From the NCBI GenBank assembly GCA_000004985.1, contig GG738897.1: 64,000 nt of DNA; one strand, 5' to 3'. The stretch comes from Naegleria gruberi (lineage: Eukaryota). Position 1 is the stretch's first letter. Each line of letters begins with the position of its first letter. The notes under the pieces are model-generated. The model was given only the letters and a program-made list of their open reading frames with translations, did not search any database and was not told the origin of the DNA. A program made the position numbers and the translations under genes. Below are positions 55,367-64,000 of this stretch, one piece after another.

Positions 55367-55555
55367 TTTTTATACTGTCTGACACTTGGCGTTTGATTGA
55401 TCAACATTGTGGATAATTGATGGATAAAAACTCTTGAGCAGCAAAGAAAGAGCGGGAAGGTAGTTAACTTCCTTTTTTGAGTGTTAGCCACAATATTATG
55501 AATCAAATTTTGACAACAAAACAATTTAGTGTTGATTATAAATTTAAATGAATCA
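55367..55555. promoter_or_regulatory. Divergent (bidirectional) promoter spacer between the kinase gene (minus, ATG 55366) and the C5-methyltransferase gene (plus, ATG 55556)
   Basis: 189-nt spacer of moderate GC (gacacttggcgtttgattgatcaacattgtgg...agagcgggaaggtag) lying between two extremely AT-rich head-to-head genes. Confidence 0.5.
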
Positions 55556-58500
55556 ATGAGTGAATCAGAATCATCACAAGAACAAGTTGAAATTCTAGAT
55601 GATTTATCATATATACATAATTATAAAGATGATATATTATTATTAGATGAATTTTATTTATTAAATGATGAAAATGTTTACATTTCATTAACTGATAATA
55701 ATAATAAACAATCTATTTCTATATATGGAATATTATATAATAGTAATAAAATACCAAATAATTTAATTATAGATATGAATAATTTAATTCATGAAGATTT
55801 AAATATAATAATTTCAAAATTAAAATTAGAATCAAAATTTATTGGAAAATTAATTAATTTTAATATTGAATATGATAAATGTAAAAAACCAATAATTTTA
55901 TTTACTATAAATAGAAATGATAAAATATTTGAATGTGAATGTCTAAGATGTGATTCAGATTATTTTAAAATTTTTAAAAAAATTTATAATTTATCTTCAA
56001 TTACATTTTGTTTAATTTTATCTATTTTTAAATTTCCTAAACATGGAATTAATAAAATTATAAATGAATCAAATTCAATTTCAAAAGAATTTAAATTAAA
56101 TATAAATATAAATTTAGAAATAATTAAAAATAATTATAATTTTATTATTGATGAAATTCATAAATTAAATAATGAAAAAATATTTAAAAGTAAATTTATT
56201 AATGAAATTTCAAATATTTTATTTAATAATTCTGAAATGGAAGAATATTCATCAGATTCTTCAGATTCATCTGATTATGATTATAAATTAACACCTAAAA
56301 AGGAAAGAAAACAATTAAAAAGAAAAAATGAAAATTTAAATTCTAAAAAAAGAAAAAAATTTAAAGAATTTAAAAATGAATTTGAAATTGAATTTTTAAA
56401 AGATGAAAATTCTATTAAAATTAATAATGAAATTATTCAAGATGGAGAAGCAATATATTTATTTCCATATTTAGAATTATTTCCAGATTTTTTAAAAAGT
56501 AAAATTGATATAAATTATTATCCTTATTTTATTTTTCAAATTAAATTTAAAAATAATGAAATTTATGGTAAAAGATTATTTAGACATTATGATTTAGCCT
56601 TTTTAAGTTTAAAAAATAATTTAAATATTTTAACTAGAGATGTAAATGAATTATTTTTAGATGAAAATGAAATTTTAATTCCAATACAAAAATACTATAT
56701 AAGGAAATGTTATGTTTTTTATTTAATTGAAACAAATGAATTTGAATCAATTTCTAAAGATATAAGAGAACGAAGAGATATTTTTTATTGTAAACATTTA
56801 ATTAATATTAAAAATAATTTTCAAAATTTTGAATTACTAAATATAGAAAAATTATATTGTAAAAATATGTTTAATTTAATTGATAATTATTCTAAATTTA
56901 TTTTAAATAATTTAATTATTGAAAATGAAAATACAAGAAATTTATTAATTGGATTGGATTTATTTGGTGGATGTGGAGGTTTATCTTTTGGTTTATCTAA
57001 ATCTGGAATTAATATGAAATATGCAATTGATAATAATATTGATGCTATAAATAATTTTCAATTAAATTTTAAAAATTCAAATACTTTTTGTAAAGATTCA
57101 ATTAAATTTTTACAAAAAGTTAAAATTATTAATGAATTGAGAAAATTATGTANNNNNNNNNNNNNNNNNNNNNNNNNNNNNNNNNNNNNNNNNNNNNNNN
57201 NNNNNNNNNNNNNNNNNNNNNNNNNNNNNNNNNNNNNNNNNNNNNNNNNNNNNNNNNNNNNNNNNNNNNNNNNNNNNNNNNNNNNNNNNNNNNNNNNNNN
57301 NNNNNNNNNNNNNNNNNNNNNNNNNNNNNNNNNNNNNNNNNNNNNNNNNNNNNNNNNNNNNNNNNNNNNNNNNNNNNNNNNNNNNNNNNNNNNNNNNNNN
57401 NNNNNNNNNNNNNNNNNNNNNNNNNNNNNNNNNNNNNNNNNNNNNNNNNNNNNNNNNNNNNNNNNNNNNNNNNNNNNNNNNNNNNNNNNNNNNNNNNNNN
57501 NNNNNNNNNNNNNNNNNNNNNNNNNNNNNNNNNNNNNNNNNNNNNNNNNNNNNNNNNNNNNNNNNNNNNNNNNNNNNNNNNNNNNNNNNNNNNNNNNNNN
57601 NNNNNNNNNNNNNNNNNNNNNNNNNNNNNNNNNNNNNNNNNNNNNNNNNNNNNNNNNNNNNNNNNNNNNNNNNNNNNNNNNNNNNNNNNNNNNNNNNNNN
57701 NNNNNNNNNNNNNNNNNNNNNNNNNNNNNNNNNNNNNNNNNNNNNNNNNNNNNNNNNNNNNNNNNNNNNNNNNNNNNNNNNNNNNNNNNNNNNNNNNNNN
57801 NNNNNNNNNNNNNNNNNNNNNNNNNNNNNNNNNNNNNNNNNNNNNNNNNNNNNNNNNNNNNNNNNNNNNNNNNNNNNNNNNNNNNNNNNNNNNNNNNNNN
57901 NNNNNNNNNNNNNNNNNNNNNNNNNNNNNNNNNNNNNNNNNNNNNNNNNNNNNNNNNNNNNNNNNNNNNNNNNNNNNNNNNNNNNNNNNNNNNNNNNNNN
58001 NNNNNNNNNNNNNNNNNNNNNNNNNNNNNNNNNNNNNNNNNNNNNNNNNNNNNNNNNNNNNNNNNNNNNNNNNNNNNNNNNNNNNNNNNNNNNNNNNNNN
58101 NNNNNNNNNNNNNNNNNNNNNNNNNNNNNNNNNNNNNNNNNNNNNNNNNNNNNNNNNNNNNNNNNNNNNNNNNNNNNNNNNNNNNNNNNNNNNNNNNNNN
58201 NNNNNNNNNNNNNNNNNNNNNNNNNNNNNNNNNNNNNNNNNNNNNNNNNNNNNNNNNNNNNNNNNNNNNNNNNNNNNNNNNNNNNNNNNNNNNNNNNNNN
58301 NNNNNNNNNNNNNNNNNNNNNNNNNNNNNNNNNNNNNNNNNNNNNNNNNNNNNNNNNNNNNNNNNNNNNNNNNNNNNNNNNNNNNNNNNNNNNNNNNNNN
58401 NNNNNNNNNNNNNNNNNNNNNNNNNNNNNNNNNNNNNNNNNNNNNNNNNNNNNNNNNNNNNNNNNNNNNNNNNNNNNNNNNNNNNNNNNNNNNNNNNNNN

Positions 58501-59497
58501 NNNNNNNNNNNNNNNNNNNNNNNNNNNNNNNNNNNNNNNNNNNNNNNNNNNNNNNNNNNNNNNNNNNNNNNNNNNNNNNNNNNNNNNNNNNNNNNNNNNN
58601 NNNNNNNNNNNNNNNNNNNNNNNNNNNNNNNNNNNNNNNNNNNNNNNNNNNNNNNNNNNNNNNNNNNNNNNNNNNNNNNNNNNNNNNNNNNNNNNNNNNN
58701 NNNNNNNNNNNNNNNNNNNNNNNNNNNNNNNNNNNNNNNNNNNNNNNNNNNNNNNNNNNNNNNNNNNNNNNNNNNNTATATATTTATTTAATTTTATTTA
58801 ATTTTATTTATATTTATTATATATTTATTTTATATTTAATATTTAATATTTTAAAATAGAATCAAGAATATTAACAGTTAGAGAATGTACTAGAATTCAA
58901 GGATTTCCAGATACATTTATATTTGTAGATGATAAAGTACCATATTGTAAAAGTCAAAAATTAAAAGAGAAATATACTCAAATAGGAAATGCAGTACCAG
59001 TTGTATTTGGATATCAATTTGGAATTGAATTTAGAAAAGCATATTCTAAATTAAAAAATATTAATAATGATTTTAAATCAATATCAAAATTATTTGAAAC
59101 TATTTTTTTAAATGAAACTAGAGAATTTATGGAAAATAATGATTCATCTTTTATAGAATCAACTCAAATTTGGACTGTTAAAGATTTTGAAATACCAGAT
59201 GATTTAAAAGAAGGTTTTTTATTACCTTTTAGACAAGATGAATTGGATTTTCAAAAATCACAAGAATTTTTACAATATTTATCAGAACCAGTAAAAGAAA
59301 ACACTAAAATTACTACTAAAATTACTTCTAAAAAGACAATAACAACAACAACAATTAGGAATAGTAATGTTGCAGATGAGGACATTGTATCATCAACAGA
59401 TGAAGAGGAAGAATTTGGTTATACTTCTGATTTGGAAGAGGAATTAATAACAAGTTCGATGAGTGAAATTGAAGATAGTGATGATAGTACCATTTAA
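55556..59497 (+). CDS. Dnmt1/MET1-like DNA (cytosine-5)-methyltransferase with a 480-aa Lys/Asn/Ile-rich N-terminal region; exon 1 runs from 55556 into assembly gap 57153..58776, last exon 58860..59497
   Basis: Motif I LIGLDLFGGCGGLSFGLSKSGINMKYAIDNNIDAINNFQLNFKNSNTFCKDSIKFL (compare Dnmt1 LDVFSGCGGLSEGFHQAGI...[31 protein letters not shown]). After the gap and an AT-rich 3' intron end (..TTTTAAAATAG at 58859): ESRILTVRECTRIQGFPDTFIFVDDKVPYCKSQKLKEKYTQIGNAVPVVFGYQFGIEF, i.e. motifs IX (RE.AR.QGFPD.F.F) and X (R.QIGNAVPP). Motifs IV (PCQ), VI (ENV), VIII and the target-recognition domain would lie inside the N-run. ORF 59129..59497 is the acidic C-terminal tail of the same exon. Confidence 0.7.
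57153..58776. other. Assembly gap (1624 N) inside the methyltransferase gene
   Basis: Uninterrupted run of n; the flanks are in different exons of one gene. Confidence 0.99.
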
Positions 59498-59875
59498 CAA
59501 TTCATCTATTGAAATGCAATTGTGACATGTGTGTAATGAAGATGGTTTCCACTCTATCAAGAGTGAAGTTTCAGATAATTTCCAACTATTGTAAACATTA
59601 AGGTTGTTCCTAGTGAGTAAAACAATGTTTTTTTCATAAACTTTACAAAATGTTATCGATTTACGATAATTACAAGGAATTACGTTTAAACAATGTGTTT
59701 TCAATTCATTGACCAGCTTGAATACATAATCATTTGTATTGGGTAAACATCTTGGCTAATGTTTTGGGATATTTAAGGAATTTTTTTAAACAGTAAATTT
59801 CTAAACATGGAGAGTTCGCAATTTTTTTTTTTTATCCAAACGCTCATCAAAACCATTTTGTTGTTTTTTTCTAAG

Positions 59876-62526
59876 GATCTATTCTTTGCTCAATGCTGGA
59901 GTTGGTAAGAGTAGATTTATTAATACAATGATTGAGGCTGATATTTTACCTTCTTCAAGTGGAAATAATCATGTTACCAAGAGTTTAATTAATCTTCAAT
60001 ATGGCAAAGATTATTCAATGGAAATTATTCTTTGCACAGATGAAGAGTTGAGAGAAAGATGTCAAGAAACACAATATCAACTCGATCCAAATTATATTAT
60101 ATTCCTAAATTATATAGTGGTATAACTCGTTTCAAAAATGCACAAAGTCTGAAAGTAATATTGAACAAAGACAATTATCCATGACCAAGGATGATATGTA
60201 TCATGTCAAATTATTTCGTATAACTGCTCCAATTCCACTATTGAAAGAACAAAAATTGGAAATTATTGATGTACCAGGTTTGTTCAGTGGTGAATACAGT
60301 TTACTTTTTAATAGATTAGCAATAGAAGCAAGTTTAATTTCAGATACCATTAATATATTTCCAAATAATTTTCGTTCTATTTTCCCAACAGACATATTTG
60401 ATATTGTTGGAAAGGTATTCTCACATCACTCTGCACAACGTTCTCCTAAAATGTTTGTTTATACTTATGGAGGAAAATATACTAGTATGAAGAATGCTTC
60501 AATAGAATTCTTAAATTCTCTTTCAGAAAAAGAGGTCACTGAAAAAGAAATAGAATTCTCTCAACTTTTAGAAGATTATTTTGATTACAAGTTTGATGAT
60601 GTACCTTTTGATAAATCAAATAGAGTCAGTGAAATTATTGGCAAGGTGGAATTTGTAGAACCAAAAGTTCAAGTTTTAGAATTTTTGAAAGATAATTTCA
60701 TGTTATATCCAATTCCAAATTTAGATTCTAAAAATCATTCAAATGAGTTAAAGTTGACTAAAAGATATTTCAAGTTGACTATAATTAGAGATAAACTCAT
60801 TAAAGCTACAAGACTAGTTGAAGAGATTAGTAGAACAGCAATTCTTTGCTTACCTAAACTTATTTCTAGCTCCAAATATCAGTCTAAAAAGCTTGATGAA
60901 TTTGTTGATGAGATAATGACAGAATGTCAAGAAATAATAGAATTCTTACTTGGTAAATTTAAAGACTAATAATTATTCAAAGAAGGAAAAAGCAGGTAAA
61001 ATTGATAAATGGTTGGGAGATAACTTTTTAACAGAAGAGTTAGAATTTAATAGTGAGTCTAAAGCTCACAACAGTATTTTAAAGCATTTAAAACTATTAG
61101 AAGACAATATTAGAACATTAGCAGAAACATATTTTGTTTCAGAATCAAGTGGAAATGATTGTGAAGATTACAAGGGTTTTAAAGCAATGGTTTTACCAAT
61201 GTTTGATGTTGAGAGTGGTGATCATGTCATTCTTGCAACAGAAACCAAAGGTGTATTGAAAGAATTATTAGGAACCTATTTAAATTCTATTAGTAGTAAC
61301 AAATATGAACCTAATTTCAATCAACATTATGCTCACTTGCATTTATTTGAAACAAATTCCAAAAAATCTCTATCTCTACCAACTAAATCTTCCTATTCAG
61401 ATATTGATGAAATGAAACAAGCAAAGTTATTTAATAATAGAGATGACGTTAATAATTGTTTTAGACATGATAAGACTATGGCTAAAATTGTTCATGAATT
61501 AATGTCAACCATTCCACTTCAATCTAATCTTATTACAATTTCTCNNNNNNNNNNNNNNNNNNNNNNNNNNNNNNNNNNNNNNNNNNNNNNNNNNNNNNNN
61601 NNNNNNNNNNNNNNNNNNNNNNNNNNNNNNNNNNNNNNNNNNNNNNNNNNNNNNNNNNNNNNNNNNNNNNNNNNNNNNNNNNNNNNNNNNNNNNNNNNNN
61701 NNNNNNNNNNNNNNNNNNNNNNNNNNNNNNNNNNNNNNNNNNNNNNNNNNNNNNNNNNNNNNNNNNNNNNNNNNNNNNNNNNNNNNNNNNNNNNNNNNNN
61801 NNNNNNNNNNNNNNNNNNNNNNNNNNNNNNNNNNNNNNNNNNNNNNNNNNNNNNNNNNNNNNNNNNNNNNNNNNNNNNNNNNNNNNNNNNNNNNNNNNNN
61901 NNNNNNNNNNNNNNNNNNNNNNNNNAATTTCTCAATATATTCTCAAGATGAACAAATCAATCTATTCCAATGAGATTGCTGAATGTGAAAACATTAAGAA
62001 TATACTCACTTCTCAAGATAAGAATCGTTGGATTTCTGATATTTCACCATTTTTAGAAAATTTAAAAATAGTTGATAATGAAATTAATTTGAGAAAAAAA
62101 CAAACATCAAATTTAGAATCAACTTTCAAATCTTCATTCTTTTCAATGAATAAGGGTAGAGTTAGTTGTTATGATGGACGTGATACTAAATCATATGGAG
62201 ATAAGATTTATTCAAGAGAGGGATTTAATTACATGATTTCCAATGGAGTGAGTGGTGTTGAAACATTTTATCTTCCATCTATGAAGGATATTTTACCAAT
62301 TCCTGACAATTTAATTATGAAGAAATATGATGAATCAAATCAAGATTTCAATTTGAAAACCTTAATGTTGAAATTCAGATGTAACATGTTATCAAATGGA
62401 GTTGGAGGTTTCTTTCATGTTGGATTTAAATTTAAAAAGAAGATACAAAGAAAACGTTGCAGAAGAACTTCAAAGAGAAAGACTAATTCAAGTTCTTCTT
62501 CTACCATCAATAAGAAGAGAAAGTAA
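59876..62526 (+). CDS. Dynamin-superfamily large GTPase, fragmented model: exon pieces 59876..60116, 60190..60952, 60993..61544 (runs into gap 61545..61925), continuing 61926..62526 with a basic C-terminus; 5' exon not found
   Basis: G1 NAGVGKSRFINTMIEADILPSSSGNNHVTKSLINLQYGKD parallels dynamin [36 protein letters not shown]. G3 EIIDVPGLFSG lies about 95 aa downstream after removing the candidate intron 60117..60189, which is the dynamin-type spacing. Frame changes at 60118-60125 and 60950-60969 are resolved by candidate introns 60117..60189 (weak GTGGTA donor) and 60953..60992 (GTAAAT..AAAAAG), or are assembly indels. ORFs 60181..60969, 60950..61951 and 61948..62526 belong to one gene. Confidence 0.45.
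61545..61925. other. Assembly gap (381 N) inside the dynamin-like GTPase gene
   Basis: Uninterrupted run of n. Confidence 0.99.
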
Positions 62527-62821
62527 TCCAATTAATTGTAAATATGTAAACCAAATAATTGTAAATATATTGTGTAAATAAATATTGAGATTATAAAGAA
62601 ATATCTGGATTAAATCATTTACAGCTAACACTTTTAGAACAGTGTTTTTAGTGTTCAGCAAGGGGAAAAAGCGTTTCACCACCAACACATGGTTTATCAA
62701 AATTACAATAATCTCCCCATCTGTATTGAATAAAAGAAACAAGAACAATCATAATAGTAATATGGCAAATGTTACAACAAATGCAAAGTAATAGTAGAGG
62801 AGGTGTTTAACAATAATTTAT

Positions 62822-64000
62822 TTAAATAATTAATAAACCAGATTTAAAAGCATGTACAAATTCATTAAAATCAATAATACCATTCTTATCTGTATCTAAT
62901 TGATCAAAAATAATTCTAGTTTCATTCAATAATTGATTTTCATTTAAATTTTGAAATTTACTCATTGATCTTCTCATATGTAATAATTCATCAAATGTAA
63001 TTGAATTATCCTTATTAATATCAAATGTATTAAATAAATGATATAATACTTGTTCTGTATTATTATTATTATTATTTAAATTATTATTATTATTTAAATT
63101 ATTATTATTATTTATATTATTATTTAAATTATTATTATTATTATTATTTAATTGATTATAAAACATTAAAAAAGCAACAACAAATTCTCTAAAATCAATT
63201 TTACCAGAATGATCAGTATCAAATAAATTGAAATGATTTTCAATAAATAATTTATCATTAATATTAAATAATTTCATAATAATATTAATAAAATCATTTC
63301 TAGATAAAGTACCAGTTTTTTTATCTGAAATATTTTGAAAATATTCTAATAATTTGTTAAATAAATCTGAATCTATATTTGTATTTTGAGTTAATTGTTT
63401 AAAAGTTTTATATTTTAATTCAATTTCTTCATTTTCTAAATCAATTAAAGATTTACTTGATAAAGTTAAAGTTTTATAATAATCTTGATCATTTAAATTT
63501 GAAATATTTTGAATTGATTGTAAAATTTTAGATAATTTTATAATTTTATCTTTTTTTTCTTGATATTGTAATTTAAATGAATTTAATAATGGATTTGTTT
63601 GTTTTTCAATTAAATTAAAAGATTGATTTAAAATTTCTTGAATTAAATTTTCAATTTTTAAAGAAATTTCTTTAAAATTAAATTTATCAAATAAATTTTT
63701 TAAAAATAATAATAAAATATTTAAATATTCTTCTAATGATCTTGTTTGTTGTTTTGAATATTTCCAATTATTTATAGATTCTCTAATTGGTGAATTTACA
63801 ATTCCTTTTAATAAATTTAAAATTTCAATTATATTTGAAATATTAAATTTTTGTAAAATAATTAATTGATAATTTATAATTTCATTTTTAGTAACTCCAC
63901 TAAATAAAGAACTTCCTAATTGAGTAGATGGTAATAATTTACCATTTGTATTATTTAAAATTGATAATAAACAATTAATTGTATAATAAATTAATTCAAA
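62822..64000 (-). CDS. Coiled-coil protein with C-terminal EF-hand calcium-binding domains and poly-Asn insert; 5' end lies beyond the window (partial)
   Basis: The reading frame is open on the minus strand from 62822 to the window edge (...KIENLIQEILNQSFNLIEKQTNPLLNSFKLQYQEKKDKIIKLSKILQ...SDKKTGTLSRNDFINI...). EF-hand loops DTDHSGKIDFREF, DINKDNSITFDEL, DTDKNGIIDFNEF. ORF-track entry 62822..63277 is only the segment after an internal Met. Confidence 0.55.
   Translation of the reverse strand, partial: FELIYYTINCLLSILNNTNGKLLPSTQLGSSLFSGVTKNEIINYQLIILQKFNISNIIEILNLLKGIVNSPIRESINNWKYSKQQTRSLEEYLNILLLFLKNLFDKFNFKEISLKIENLIQEILNQSFNLIEKQTNPLLNSFKLQYQEKKDKIIKLSKILQSIQNISNLNDQDYYKTLTLSSKSLIDLENEEIELKYKTFKQLTQNTNIDSDLFNKLLEYFQNISDKKTGTLSRNDFINIIMKLFNINDKLFIENHFNLFDTDHSGKIDFREFVVAFLMFYNQLNNNNNNNLNNNINNNNNLNNNNNLNNNNNNTEQVLYHLFNTFDINKDNSITFDELLHMRRSMSKFQNLNENQLLNETRIIFDQLDTDKNGIIDFNEFVHAFKSGLLII
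63060..63150 (-). repeat. (AAT/ATT)n microsatellite-like tract encoding poly-Asn in the EF-hand gene; a similar tract at 53930..54080 lies in the kinase gene
   Basis: tattattattattatttaaattattattattatttaaattattattattatttatattattatttaaattattattattattattattt translates to NNNNNNLNNNINNNNNLNNNNNLNNNNNN. Confidence 0.8.

Noticed and set aside
57148-58791. ORF-track entry 57148..58791 (547 aa of X) and the X-run inside ORF 55529..58801
   Set aside because: These are translations of the N-run scaffold gap, not sequence.
49922-59497. Repeat-induced point mutation (RIP)-like C-to-T decay as the cause of AT-richness
   Set aside because: RIP creates many stop codons (CAA to TAA, TGG to TAG/TGA). Here the exons are intact over 1,696 and more than 1,000 codons with correct splice phases, so the sequences are under purifying selection.
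59129-59497. ORF 59129..59497 as an independent acidic-protein gene
   Set aside because: It is in frame with and contiguous to the MTase motif IX/X exon that begins at 58860 and has no stop in between. It is the C-terminal tail of the methyltransferase.
55556-62526. Reading methyltransferase + GTPase as a prokaryote-style restriction-modification/defence cassette
   Set aside because: Both genes contain spliceosomal GT-AG introns and have eukaryotic codon usage with poly-Asn tracts. The MTase motifs fit the eukaryotic Dnmt1 class. The MTase is divergently paired with a eukaryotic kinase gene, and there is no endonuclease ORF. Adjacency looks coincidental.
49620-64000. Explaining the AT-rich block as a mis-joined contig from a contaminating Dictyostelium discoideum-like genome
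   Set aside because: The intergenic spacers inside the block (49620-49921, 55367-55555, 59498-59875) are about 30-36% GC, like the rest of the window, whereas D. discoideum spacers are about 10% GC. The right-hand introns in the dynamin-like gene also follow the left-hand style. Only the transcription units of the kinase, MTase and EF-hand genes are extreme. Mis-assembly is therefore not the simplest explanation, though it still needs checking with read data.
1-64000. tRNA, rRNA, CRISPR arrays, transposon terminal repeats
   Set aside because: I scanned for T-loop GGTTCGA(A/T)TCC-type motifs, long inverted or direct terminal repeats and regularly spaced repeats, and found none. The only long N-runs are scaffold gaps, not repeats.

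Overview
The window is gene-dense, AT-rich eukaryotic nuclear DNA, not prokaryotic. It uses the standard genetic code, since uninterrupted ORFs of 1,400-1,700 codons end in TAA/TGA/TAG. It carries roughly 36 protein-coding genes in 64 kb, many interrupted by very short GT-AG spliceosomal introns (about 40-140 nt). The six-frame ORF track splits most of these genes into overlapping ORF pairs; I re-joined them by hand and give exon coordinates in the evidence fields.

Genes I recognise with reasonable confidence: LRR proteins, an actin-related protein, a NEDD8-like ubiquitin-like protein, a Sct1/Gpt2-type glycerol-3-phosphate acyltransferase, a bacterial-type GH15 glucoamylase-like hydrolase, a TLDc protein, TAF5, tandem-BRCT and Spo11 genes, Hikeshi, Prp3, a longin R-SNARE, a lipoyltransferase, an F-box/LRR protein, a RhoGEF, Tsr3, an RGS protein, an SR-like RRM protein, a flagellar-type STPG (sperm-tail PG-rich repeat) protein, pirin and a GT32 glycosyltransferase.

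The most unusual part is the right-hand 14 kb (about 49.9-64 kb). Its genes are a giant RCC1 + tandem-kinase gene, a large Dnmt1-like C5 DNA methyltransferase interrupted by a 1.6-kb assembly gap, a dynamin-superfamily GTPase, and a partial coiled-coil/EF-hand gene. These have extreme A/T codon usage (GC about 15-22%), poly-Asn tracts and very AT-rich introns, yet the spacers between them have the same moderate composition (about 30-36% GC) as the rest of the window.

I found no rRNA, tRNA, CRISPR array or recognisable transposon. Two N-runs (57153-58776 and 61545-61925) are scaffold gaps. Species identity cannot be fixed from sequence alone. Spo11 and a flagellar STPG gene argue against Dictyostelium discoideum despite the Dictyostelium-like look of the right-hand genes.
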